A DNA stretch of 64,000 bases from positions 641 through 64,640 of the forward strand of contig QEVT01000001.1 of assembly GCA_003576755.1 (NCBI GenBank). Direction: 5' to 3'. Within the stretch, counting starts at the first letter, position 1, and each line of letters starts with the position of its first letter. The notes under the pieces were generated by a model. It saw only the letters and a list, made by a program, of their open reading frames with translations, searched no databases and was not told the DNA's origin. The stretch comes from a bacterium (GTDB lineage: Bacteria > Chloroflexota > Anaerolineae > Epilineales > Epilineaceae). Positions 1 to 10,962 of the stretch are shown piece by piece. The position numbers and the translations under genes were made by a program.

Positions 1-73
1 GCGGCGCGCACGCCGACCGCCGTTCACGCGAGGCGTGCTCCGGAGCCGGCCGACGGCATCGCCACGGCCCGGC

Positions 74-1093
74 TCACCCCCCGACCGGCACCACCAGGCC
101 CATCCGCGCCTTGAGCGCCGCCAGCTTGGGCTCGGCGACGGCGGCCGCCTGAGCCGCGCCGCGCGCCAGGCAGCGCTCGAGCTCGGCCGGGTCCGCCCGG
201 TACTGCGCGTAGCGGGCCTGCAGCGGCGCGAGCTCGGCGACGACGACGTCCGCCACGCGCTGCTTGAGGTCGCCATAGCCGCGCGCCGTCGCGAAGTCGT
301 CCTCGACCTCCGCGGCGCTGCGGCCGGTGATCGCCTTGTAGATCGCCAGCAGGTTGTTGACGCCCGCCTTCTCGGGCGCGTCGCTGAACCGGATCTCTCG
401 CCCCGAGTCGGTCACGGCGCGCTTGAGCGCCCGCTCGATGGCCTTGGGGGGGTCGAGCAGCCGGATGGCATGGCCCTCGACGTGCGCCAGGCTCTTCGAC
501 ATCTTCGCCGTCGGGTCGTCGAGGCCCATGATGCGCGCGCCGATCTCGGGGATGACCGCCCGTGGAAGGGTGAAGAAGTCGCCGTGGTGGTGGTTGAACC
601 GCCCCGCGATGTCGCGCGCCAGCTCGACGTGCTGCTTCTGGTCCTCGCCCACCGGCACCTCGTCGGTGTCGTAGAGCAGGATGTCGCCTGCCATCAACAC
701 GGGATAGTCGAGCAGCCCCGTCAGCACGGTCTCGTGCCTGGCGGACTTGTCCTTGTACTGGGTCATGCGCTGCAGCCACCCGAGCGGCGTGATGCAGTTG
801 AGCAGCCAGCATGCCTCGGCATGGGCACGGACGTGGCTCTGGACGAACAGCGTGCAGCGCGCGGGGTCGAGGCCCGCGGCGAGCAGCAGCGCCGTCATCA
901 TCCAGACCTGCTCGCGCAGCGCGGCGGGATCCTGCGGCACCGTCAGCGCGTGCAGGTCGACGATGCAGAAGTAGTTCTCCTTCTCGTCTTGCCGGGCCAC
1001 CCAGCCCTTGATCGCGCCGAGGTAGTTGCCGATGTGGATGCCCCCGGTCGGCTGGATGCCGCTGAAGACACGGGGACGGGCGTGGGTGCTCAT
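74..1093 (-). CDS. trpS: Tryptophan--tRNA ligase (class I aaRS)
   Basis: Translation contains the class I 'HIGN' signature (FSGIQPTGGIHIGNYLGAI) and the KMSKS motif. The six-frame ORF 74..1192 is trimmed to the internal start MSTHARP. Confidence 0.9.
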   Translation of the reverse strand: MSTHARPRVFSGIQPTGGIHIGNYLGAIKGWVARQDEKENYFCIVDLHALTVPQDPAALREQVWMMTALLLAAGLDPARCTLFVQSHVRAHAEACWLLNCITPLGWLQRMTQYKDKSARHETVLTGLLDYPVLMAGDILLYDTDEVPVGEDQKQHVELARDIAGRFNHHHGDFFTLPRAVIPEIGARIMGLDDPTAKMSKSLAHVEGHAIRLLDPPKAIERALKRAVTDSGREIRFSDAPEKAGVNNLLAIYKAITGRSAAEVEDDFATARGYGDLKQRVADVVVAELAPLQARYAQYRADPAELERCLARGAAQAAAVAEPKLAALKARMGLVVPVGG

Positions 1094-1195
1094 GGATCGC
1101 CTCGAATGGATGCGCTGGGTGTGGGCCTGCGTGTGCGCGGCGCGCCGCGGCCGGTCCAAGTATCGCCACCGGTCACGCGAGTGCAAAGTCACGCC

Positions 1196-1225
1196 GCGGG
1201 CGCGGCGCGGGAACTTTTCTGCGCC
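1196..1225 (-). promoter_or_regulatory. Hairpin in the trpS 5' leader (9-bp GC stem gcgcggcgc / gcgccgcgc, 12-nt loop)
   Basis: Inverted repeat read directly; it lies about 100 nt upstream of the trpS start, in the divergent trpS-prsW intergenic region. Confidence 0.3.
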
Positions 1226-1411
1226 GCGCGTGTATTCTCAAGCGTTGACGCCGATGTCGTCGTCTGGAGTCCACTTGCCGACAAGATCGCCGATGCGTGC
1301 CATCGAGTGCCGACGCGCCGGTCGTCGCGGGTCCCGCGCGCCGCGGGCGGCGACAGGCATCCCTGCGGGGGTGCCTGTTCGTCGTGCGCCGGCGCGAAGG
1401 TTCGGCGCGGC

Positions 1412-2593
1412 ATGACCTGGCTGACGGCGTCGTTCCTGGTGCCCGTGGCCGTCAGCGTCGGCGTCCCGGCGGCGTTCCTGTACTTCGTCCGACGGCTGGA
1501 CCTTTACGCGTCCGGCGGGTTCGCGCTCGTCGTCGGGTGCTTCGTCGCCGGGCTCCTGGCCTTTCCGCTGTCGTTCGCCGCCAACACCGGCGCCCTGCGG
1601 CTCATGACGCTGGGCTGGGGCCTCAGCACGGCCGTCGCCCTCCTCGCGGTCAAGACCAGCGTGGCGCCGCTCGTCGAGGAGGTCGCCAAGTCGCTCGGGC
1701 TGGTCTACGCGGTCCGGCGACCCGACTTCACGTACTTCGTCGACGGCGCCATCTTCGGCTTTGCCGCCGGGACGGCCTTCGCCATCATCGAGAACCTCTT
1801 CTACCTCGGCAACGCGCGCGATCCCCTCGGCATGGCCGTCAACCGGGCCTTCAGCACGTCGCTGATGCACGGCACGGCGAGCGCCCTGGTCGGCGTCGCG
1901 CTCGGCCGGCTGCGGTTCGGGCACGGGCGGCAGCGTTTCGCGGCCCTCCTCGTCGGCTGGGCGTCGGCGATGGCGCTGCACATGGCGTTCAACCGGCTGG
2001 TCAACAGCGGGCCGCTGACGCCGGCCCACCTCGCGGGGGCCATCGCCATCGGGATCGGCGGGGTGGTCTTGACCGCCGCCTGCATCTTCTGGGGCCTGCG
2101 CGAGGAGCGCGCGTGGCTGCGCGAGACGCTGGGGCTCGGCGTCGGCGTGTCGGCCGGCGAGGCCAACGTCGTCCACCGCATGGCCGACATCGACACGCTG
2201 CTGGCCCCGATCGAACAGCACTTCGGCGCCGAGCGGCGCAAGCAGGTGCAGCGCTTCCTGCAGCTCCAGGCCCAGCTCGGCCTGAAGACCAAGGGGGCGG
2301 CGCTGGCCGCCGACCCCAAGCTGCGGGCCGCGCTCGAGGCCCAGGTCGCCGACCTGCAGGCGCAAACCGACGCCCTGCGCCGCGCCGTCGGGCTATACTG
2401 CATGTCGTACGTCCGATCGATCCTGCCGGACGAGGGCGAGCCGCTGTGGGATCGCCTCAACACCGCGCTGGCCCAGGCGGGCACCGCCGAGCCGAGCATG
2501 AACCTGTGGCAGTCCCTGGCGGACCGGACCGGCTCCGGCGCGACCGACGCCGGATCGGGGCCAACCCTGCCCGACCCGCGGCCCGAAGCCTGA
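1412..2593 (+). CDS. PrsW-family intramembrane protease with a C-terminal coiled-coil extension
   Basis: Multi-TM N-terminal half with PrsW-like motifs (FAAGTAFAIIENLFY, HGTASALVG). It is the 3' portion of the long 35..2593 ORF, starting at MTWLTASF. Confidence 0.7.
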   Translation: MTWLTASFLVPVAVSVGVPAAFLYFVRRLDLYASGGFALVVGCFVAGLLAFPLSFAANTGALRLMTLGWGLSTAVALLAVKTSVAPLVEEVAKSLGLVYAVRRPDFTYFVDGAIFGFAAGTAFAIIENLFYLGNARDPLGMAVNRAFSTSLMHGTASALVGVALGRLRFGHGRQRFAALLVGWASAMALHMAFNRLVNSGPLTPAHLAGAIAIGIGGVVLTAACIFWGLREERAWLRETLGLGVGVSAGEANVVHRMADIDTLLAPIEQHFGAERRKQVQRFLQLQAQLGLKTKGAALAADPKLRAALEAQVADLQAQTDALRRAVGLYCMSYVRSILPDEGEPLWDRLNTALAQAGTAEPSMNLWQSLADRTGSGATDAGSGPTLPDPRPEA

Positions 2594-2631
2594 CCACGGG
2601 CGCACACCGAAACAGCGAGGAGCACACCGCC

Positions 2632-3387
2632 ATGGCGCGCATCGTCTCGGTCCACTCGTTCCGCGGGGGGACCGGCAAGTCCAACATCACCGCCAGCCTG
2701 GCCACCGACGTGGCCAGGCGCGGCCACCGGGTCGGGATCGTCGACACCGACATCCAGTCGCCGGGCATCCACGTCCTCTTCGGCATGGAGGAGCAGCGCA
2801 TCACCCACGCCCTCAACGACTACCTGTGGGGGCGGTGCGCGATCGAGCAGGCCGCCTACCCCGTCGACCTCGAGGCGGTGGCGGGCAAGCTGTACCTCAT
2901 CCCGTCGAGCCTCAAGACCGGCGAGATCGCGCGCGTCCTGCGGGAGGGGTACGACGTCACGCTGCTCAACGACGGGTTCCGCGACCTCATCGACCGCCTC
3001 GCGCTGGACTACCTGTTCATCGACACGCATCCCGGCCTCAACGAGGAGACGCTGCTCTCGATCGCCATCAGCGACGTCCTGTTCATCGTCATGCGGCCGG
3101 ACCGGCAGGACTACCAGGGCACCGGCGTGACCGTCGAGGTGGCGCGCAAGCTCGACGTGCCGCACCTCTACGTCGTCGTCAACAAGGTGTTGCCGTCCTT
3201 CGACTTCGACGCGGTCCGCCGGGAGGTCGGGCAGACCTACCAGGCCGAGGTGATCGCCGTGCTGCCGCAATGCGACGAGATGATGCAGCTGGCCAGCGCC
3301 GGGGTCTTCGTGTTGGCCTACCCGGATCACCCGCTGACCCGCTCGTTGGCCACGATGGCCGACGCCGTGGTCGCCCTTCGCGACTGA
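2632..3387 (+). CDS. MinD/ParA-family P-loop ATPase
   Basis: Deviant Walker A motif SFRGGTGKS near the N-terminus and a MinD-like fold. GAGGAG RBS at 2617-2622. ATG at 2632 lies in the 1297..3387 frame. Confidence 0.8.
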   Translation: MARIVSVHSFRGGTGKSNITASLATDVARRGHRVGIVDTDIQSPGIHVLFGMEEQRITHALNDYLWGRCAIEQAAYPVDLEAVAGKLYLIPSSLKTGEIARVLREGYDVTLLNDGFRDLIDRLALDYLFIDTHPGLNEETLLSIAISDVLFIVMRPDRQDYQGTGVTVEVARKLDVPHLYVVVNKVLPSFDFDAVRREVGQTYQAEVIAVLPQCDEMMQLASAGVFVLAYPDHPLTRSLATMADAVVALRD

Positions 3388-3479
3388 GCCGCCGGCGGCG
3401 CCCGGCCGGCGGGCGCGGCGGGGCGCGCCCGCGACGGTTCGCCGCACCGTTCGTTCGCACGCTGATTGGGAGGCGATGC

Positions 3480-3692
3480 ATGCGCTGTCACAAATGCCGG
3501 GGCGAGCCGATCGGCATCTGCCAGTTCTGTGGCCGGGCCGTGTGCGAGCGCTGCCACGGGCCCCTGCCCTTCATCCTCACGATCTTCGTCGGCAAGGACC
3601 AGATCCCCAAGGCGGTCGTGGTCGCCGACGCGCTGTGGTGCGGCGCCTGCCGGCCGCAGCCCGAGCCGCTGCCCATGCCCGAGATGGCGTGA
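3480..3692 (+). CDS. Small 4xCxxC zinc-ribbon protein (70 aa), hypothetical
   Basis: MRCHKCRG...CQFCGRAVCERCHG...CGAC gives four CxxC pairs. GGGAGG RBS at 3468-3473. It is the 3' tail of ORF 2826..3692 and sits 92 nt after the MinD-like gene. Confidence 0.5.
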   Translation: MRCHKCRGEPIGICQFCGRAVCERCHGPLPFILTIFVGKDQIPKAVVVADALWCGACRPQPEPLPMPEMA

Positions 3693-3716
3693 CGGCGCGC
3701 CAGCGAGGAGTTGACC

Positions 3717-4097
3717 ATGCCCGGCCTGTTCGACCGATTGCAGACCGAGATCGACCAGCGCGAGCGATCCGCCGGCTACTCGCCGGCCGATCTGCTGACG
3801 CTGTCCCCCGAGCTGCGCAAGCTGATCCAGACGCTGACCCGCAAGGGCGCGTCGACCACCGACGTCCTGGCGGCGGAGATCGACATGCCCGCCGCCGAGC
3901 TCGGCCCGCTCCTCGACGCGCTGATCGAGAAGGGCTTCGTCGCGGCCGTCGACGTCGCCGGCACGACGTGGTACAAGGCCGTGCTGGCCCGCCGCCGGGG
4001 ACGCGAGGTGCCGTTCAACATCTGGGAGGCGCTCCAGGAGAAGACGTCCGCCGACCCGGCGCCGCCCGATCCGCCCGCCGCGCCCGAGGGAGGCTGA
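3717..4097 (+). CDS. Hypothetical protein, possible winged-helix/HTH
   Basis: GAGGAG RBS at 3705-3710 precedes the ATG at 3717. The 'TDVLAAEIDMPAAELGPLLDALIEKGFV' segment looks HTH-like. It lies 24 nt after the previous gene. Confidence 0.5.
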   Translation: MPGLFDRLQTEIDQRERSAGYSPADLLTLSPELRKLIQTLTRKGASTTDVLAAEIDMPAAELGPLLDALIEKGFVAAVDVAGTTWYKAVLARRRGREVPFNIWEALQEKTSADPAPPDPPAAPEGG

Positions 4098-4104
4098 GGT
4101 CGCC

Positions 4105-4827
4105 ATGGACACCGATCGCCAGCGGATGCACGACCAAGTCCTCGCCCTGCCGGCGCTCGACGGCTGCTGGCAGACCATCGACCTGCCCGCCGACGCGCAC
4201 GTGTTCCACCGGGGCGACCCGGGCGACGCCCTGTACGCCGTCGTCTCCGGCACGCTCGAGGTGTATACCGCCGACGCCAACGGCCGGCGCGTCGTCCTCG
4301 AGCGGATCGGCCCCGGGCAGACCGTCGGCGAGCTGGCGCTGCTCGACGGCGGCGTGCGGTCGGCGAGCCTCGTCGCGGTGGCGCCGAGCTGCCTCAAGGT
4401 GCTGCGCCGGGACGACTTCCTGGCCACGCTGCGGCGGTCGCCCGAGCTGGCGGAGCTGACGATCGACCTGCTCAGCGCCCGGATGCGCCGCTCCGCCGAG
4501 TACCTGGCGCTCGTCACCCGTTGGTCCCGCCAGGTGGCGCGCGGCGAGTACCGCGCCGCGGAGACCGGCATCCAGGCCGCCGGCGCGGCGGCGGACGACC
4601 CGAACCTGGCGCGGTTCATCGAGACGTTCACCGAGATGGTCAGCGCGGTCCGGGCGCGCGAAGCCGAGCTGAAGCGCGAGCTGCACGAGCTGCGCATCGA
4701 GATCGACGGCCAGAAGTACCAGCGTCAGCTGAGCGAGATCACCGAGACCGAGTTCTTCCAGGACTTGCAGGTCAATGCCCGCAGAATGCGTCGGCGGGCC
4801 CACGGCGAGGCCGACCGAGACGCGTGA
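4105..4827 (+). CDS. Cyclic nucleotide-binding domain protein with C-terminal coiled coil
   Basis: cNMP-binding signature (FHRGDPGDALYAVVSGTLEV...IGPGQTVGELALLDGGVRSASLVA), followed by a heptad-rich region (ELKRELHELRIEIDGQKYQRQL). Lies 7 nt after the previous gene. Confidence 0.8.
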   Translation: MDTDRQRMHDQVLALPALDGCWQTIDLPADAHVFHRGDPGDALYAVVSGTLEVYTADANGRRVVLERIGPGQTVGELALLDGGVRSASLVAVAPSCLKVLRRDDFLATLRRSPELAELTIDLLSARMRRSAEYLALVTRWSRQVARGEYRAAETGIQAAGAAADDPNLARFIETFTEMVSAVRAREAELKRELHELRIEIDGQKYQRQLSEITETEFFQDLQVNARRMRRRAHGEADRDA

Positions 4828-4989
4828 GCGGCGGGAACTTTCGCCGCCGGCAAGGGGTATCTCCTACGCACGCGATCGCCGGCGGGCGCCGCACCGGAGC
4901 CGATCGTGGTCCGGTGCGCCAACACCGCGCAGCCCGTGATTCGCCCATCTCGAAGCGGCCCGCACGTCATTCGCCCAGGGACGGCACAC

Positions 4990-5745
4990 ATGAGCGCGAA
5001 CGAAGACAACGCCCTCACATGGCTTGAACAGCTCATGAGCGACACCACGCCGGCGTCGCGCCGGGCCGAGATCGAGGCGCGGCTGGCCGGCACGGAAGCC
5101 GGCCGACGGGCCTTGGCACGGGTGCAGATGCTGCGGCTGGAGCCGCCTGCCGACGACGTCGACGTCGAGACCACCGTCATGGCGCGCCTGCCGGACGGCC
5201 CCCTGGCCTTGTATCGCGACATGGCGGCGGTGGTGGTCCGTGCCTGGGCCGACCCGGCGTTCCGCGAGGTGTTGCGCCGCGATCCGCGGGCCACGCTGGC
5301 CGCCGAAGGCGTGGCCCTGCCCCCCGGCGTCGCGATCCGTGTCGTCGGCGCGACCGAGGCCGGGCTGCCCGGGCCCGCGGAGGTCACCCTCCCGCTCCCG
5401 GCGGCCGCGCAGCGCGCCATCGCGGCCGACGAGGCCGTCCGCCGGTTGCGCCGCACGCCCTTCGGCTGGATCTGGGGAGTGCCGTGGGCCGCTCCGGCGC
5501 CCACCGAAGCCGGTGCGTCGTTTGCGGATCGGGTGCGGGCATGGCTTGCCAGGCCCAGGGGCGTGGCGCTGGCCTTGGCCGGCACGGCGGCGGCCATCGC
5601 CATCTGGGTCGCGACGCGGACCCCGGGGGCGGGACCGGTGTCTGGCACGGCGGCGGGCGACGGCGCGCTTGGCCCGGCCGCCGCCGCGGCCGTCGTGCTC
5701 GCCCTCGTCGCCGGGGCGGCGTACTGGGCCCACCGCCGGGGATAG
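4990..5745 (+). CDS. Membrane protein containing an NHLP (nitrile-hydratase-leader-peptide)-like domain
   Basis: Internal segment MAAVVVRAWADPAFREVLRRDPRATLAAEGVALPPGVAIRVV matches the NHLP/Nif11 leader family pattern. C-terminus has two hydrophobic helices. Start chosen at MSANEDN (ATG 4990); an alternative ATG is at 5179. Confidence 0.55.
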   Translation: MSANEDNALTWLEQLMSDTTPASRRAEIEARLAGTEAGRRALARVQMLRLEPPADDVDVETTVMARLPDGPLALYRDMAAVVVRAWADPAFREVLRRDPRATLAAEGVALPPGVAIRVVGATEAGLPGPAEVTLPLPAAAQRAIAADEAVRRLRRTPFGWIWGVPWAAPAPTEAGASFADRVRAWLARPRGVALALAGTAAAIAIWVATRTPGAGPVSGTAAGDGALGPAAAAAVVLALVAGAAYWAHRRG

Positions 5746-5845
5746 CCGCGCAGGGCGCGGCGAGCCGCCGCGACGGCGGCCGACCCTGCCGACGGCGGCC
5801 CCGGCCGGCTTGCCGTCGGGCCCACATTGTGGGACACTCTGCGCG

Positions 5846-6412
5846 ATGAAGGGCGAGGACCCAACCGACCAGGCGGTGGTGTCGGCGGTGATGGCGGGGG
5901 ATCGCGACGTTTTCGCCGTGCTGGTGCAGCGCCATCAACGACGGATCTACCACGCGCTTTGGCGCATGTGCGGCGACGCCGAGGAGGCCGAGGAGCTGAC
6001 TCAGGGCGCGTTCGTGCGCGCGTACTTCGCCTTGGGCAGCTACAAGCCCGAGTACCCGTTCTCGACGTGGTTGTTCCGGATCGCCTACCACCTGTTTCTC
6101 AACGAACGGCGCGACCACCGCCGCGAGGTCGGGTTCGACGACGGTGGGGACGCCGACGACGACCCCGCGCAGCGGGTCGAAGACCCCGCCGCGCCGCCGC
6201 ACGCCCTGGTCGAGGCACGCGACCTGCGCCGAACCGTCTGGCAAGCCGTGACGGCGCTGCCCGAGGACTACCGAACGGTCATCGTCCTGCGGCACATGCA
6301 GGAGCTGTCGTACGCCGAGATCTGCGAGATCACCGGGCTGCCGGTGGGCACCGTCAAGAGCCGCCTGGCGCGGGCCCGGCACCAGCTCGCGGGGCTGCTG
6401 GAAGCGGACTGA
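5846..6412 (+). CDS. ECF-type RNA polymerase sigma-70 factor
   Basis: Sigma-70 region 2 (YHALWRMCGDAEEAEELTQGAFVRAY) and region 4 (LSYAEICEITGLPVGTVKSRLARARHQL). ATG at 5846. Confidence 0.85.
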   Translation: MKGEDPTDQAVVSAVMAGDRDVFAVLVQRHQRRIYHALWRMCGDAEEAEELTQGAFVRAYFALGSYKPEYPFSTWLFRIAYHLFLNERRDHRREVGFDDGGDADDDPAQRVEDPAAPPHALVEARDLRRTVWQAVTALPEDYRTVIVLRHMQELSYAEICEITGLPVGTVKSRLARARHQLAGLLEAD

Positions 6413-6579
6413 AGCGGGTAGACCCTGCGCGCCGCGTCAGAATTTGACAATACATGGACAGATGGGTACCTTTGGGCGCGGTCAGGGAGTAGTCAGCCGC
6501 ACCGAGCGGATCGATCGGCCGTCAATCCGGGGCCTGGGCCTCCGGTCGATCGGCAACGCGTCGCCTGCGACGCATGCGT

Positions 6580-6630
6580 GACGAGACTGCCACGGAGCAA
6601 GGCTTCCGTACGGCGTCTCGTCTTTTGTTG
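6580..6630 (+). terminator. Intrinsic-terminator-like hairpin (gacgagac...gtctcgtc) followed by TTTTGTTG
   Basis: 8-bp stem followed by a U-rich tract on the + strand. It sits between the sigma-factor stop (6412) and the P-type ATPase start (6723). Confidence 0.45.
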
Positions 6631-6722
6631 TCGAGCGCCGGAGCCATGCGGCCGGTCGATCCCGATCCGCCACGGGCTGCGCCAGGCGGCCCGCCACGCC
6701 CCATGACGCGAGGCACACCCAG

Positions 6723-9560
<2,838 letters not shown>

Positions 9561-9569
9561 GGACCCCGA

Positions 9570-10934
9570 TCAGTCGGGCTCCCCGCCCTCGGCCGCCACA
9601 TGGTGGTAGACCTCGTAGACGCTGGCGTTCTGGAAACGATAGCCCTGCCCGCGCAGGCTCTCGATGTGCTGGAACGACGAGCTCGGCGCATCGACCTCCT
9701 TGCGCAGCCGGCTGATCGTCTTCTGGATCATGGCGTCGGTCACCCCGAGGGTGTCGAGCGCGTACTCCGGCCAGACGGCAGCGGCGATGTCGTCCTTGCT
9801 GACGACCTCGCCCGACTTCGTGAGCAGGAAGCGCAGGAGCGCGAACTCCTTCGGAGGCAGCTCGACGGCCTGGCGCTCGATGCGCACGGCGCCGGTGTCG
9901 GGGTTGAGCTCGATGCGCGGGATCTGGCGGCGTACGTAGTCCGCGAACGCGCTCGAGAAGACGCGCCCGGCGACGAGGTAGCCGCGCCGCTCGAGCACGG
10001 GCCGCGCCTGGTTGAACGCCAGGGCGTCGCGCCCTTCCGGCGCGGCGCCCACCGCCAGCCAGGCCAGCGCGTCGCGCTCGGCCACCGGCAGCTTGTGCCA
10101 CGTGTCCTCGAAGTGCGGCGCGTTGCGGACCGCGAAGGCGCGGCCGGCTTCTTCCACCTGGTCCGCGCTGCCGGTCAGCGGCTCGCGCTGTGCGATCTCG
10201 TGGAAGATGGCGGCGGCGACCTGGAGGTAGAACGGGAACCGCCCGGCGAGGTCGTCGATGGCGGCGCGGACCGGCGTGAAGTCCACACCGGCGATCTCGC
10301 CGGTCCGCGCCAGGAAGGCGTTGACCTCTGCGGCGGTGAACGAGCCGATATAGATGTTGCGGAACATGTTGAAGAACGGTGATCCCGTGCCCCACTCTTC
10401 GCGGAACTCTCCGAGCTCCACTCGGGTGGCGACCACGATCGACAGGTCGTACTCGATGATCAGGCCGCGGTACCACTCCCAGAAGCTCGCCTTGAAGTCC
10501 GCCAGCACCTCGAACTCGTCCATCAGCATCACCAGCCGCAGGCCACGCCCGCCGAGGTCCTCGAGGTAGTCCTCGATGCCGAACTGGTCGACGTCGTCCT
10601 CGATGTCGATCTCGGCCTCGGGGTCCGCGCGTTTGATGGCGCGGGCCACGCGGCGGAAGAAGGCGTCCGGTCCCTCGGCGGCCAATTGGGCGTTGACGAA
10701 GGCGAAGACCAGGCGCGCGTCCTCGGCGGCCGGCAGGTGCCGCGCCCGCACGTCGGGGTGCATGAGCTGGTAGAGCAGGCTGGTGTTGCCGCAGCGGTGC
10801 TCACCGACCAGGGCAACCGGCTGCATGTTGGCGATGGACTCGAACAGCTCGCGCAGGGCGTCTCCCCGGCCGTGGAAGTCCGCGGGATCCTTGATCGGTT
10901 TGCCGAGCACGAACGGGTTGCGGCGAGCGGTCAT
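9570..10934 (-). CDS. P-loop (AAA-type) ATPase fused to a C-terminal OmpR/PhoB-type winged-helix DNA-binding domain
   Basis: N-terminal ATPase with Walker-A-like VALVGEHRCGNTSLLY and Walker B VMLMDEFE. C-terminus has a trans_reg_C-like region (ELPPKEFALLRFLLTKSGEVVSKDDI...RLRKEV...GYRF). GAGGAG RBS 8 nt upstream. Confidence 0.8.
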   Translation of the reverse strand: MTARRNPFVLGKPIKDPADFHGRGDALRELFESIANMQPVALVGEHRCGNTSLLYQLMHPDVRARHLPAAEDARLVFAFVNAQLAAEGPDAFFRRVARAIKRADPEAEIDIEDDVDQFGIEDYLEDLGGRGLRLVMLMDEFEVLADFKASFWEWYRGLIIEYDLSIVVATRVELGEFREEWGTGSPFFNMFRNIYIGSFTAAEVNAFLARTGEIAGVDFTPVRAAIDDLAGRFPFYLQVAAAIFHEIAQREPLTGSADQVEEAGRAFAVRNAPHFEDTWHKLPVAERDALAWLAVGAAPEGRDALAFNQARPVLERRGYLVAGRVFSSAFADYVRRQIPRIELNPDTGAVRIERQAVELPPKEFALLRFLLTKSGEVVSKDDIAAAVWPEYALDTLGVTDAMIQKTISRLRKEVDAPSSSFQHIESLRGQGYRFQNASVYEVYHHVAAEGGEPD

Positions 10935-10962
10935 CCGCCTGGCTCCTCGGGTGGCGTGTGGG

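Noticed and set aside
35-2593. 852-aa ORF spanning the trpS region in another frame, and the 24..1169 (-) 381-aa ORF
   Set aside because: These are high-GC open frames with Arg/Pro/Ala-rich low-complexity translations and no motifs, and they overlap the well-supported trpS gene. Only the 3' part of 35..2593 (from MTWLTASF) is a real PrsW-like gene.
1297-2631. N-terminal 445 aa of ORF 1297..3387
   Set aside because: Arg/Gly-rich translation out of frame with the PrsW-like gene. Only the tail from ATG 2632 (the MinD-like protein, with its own RBS) is credible.
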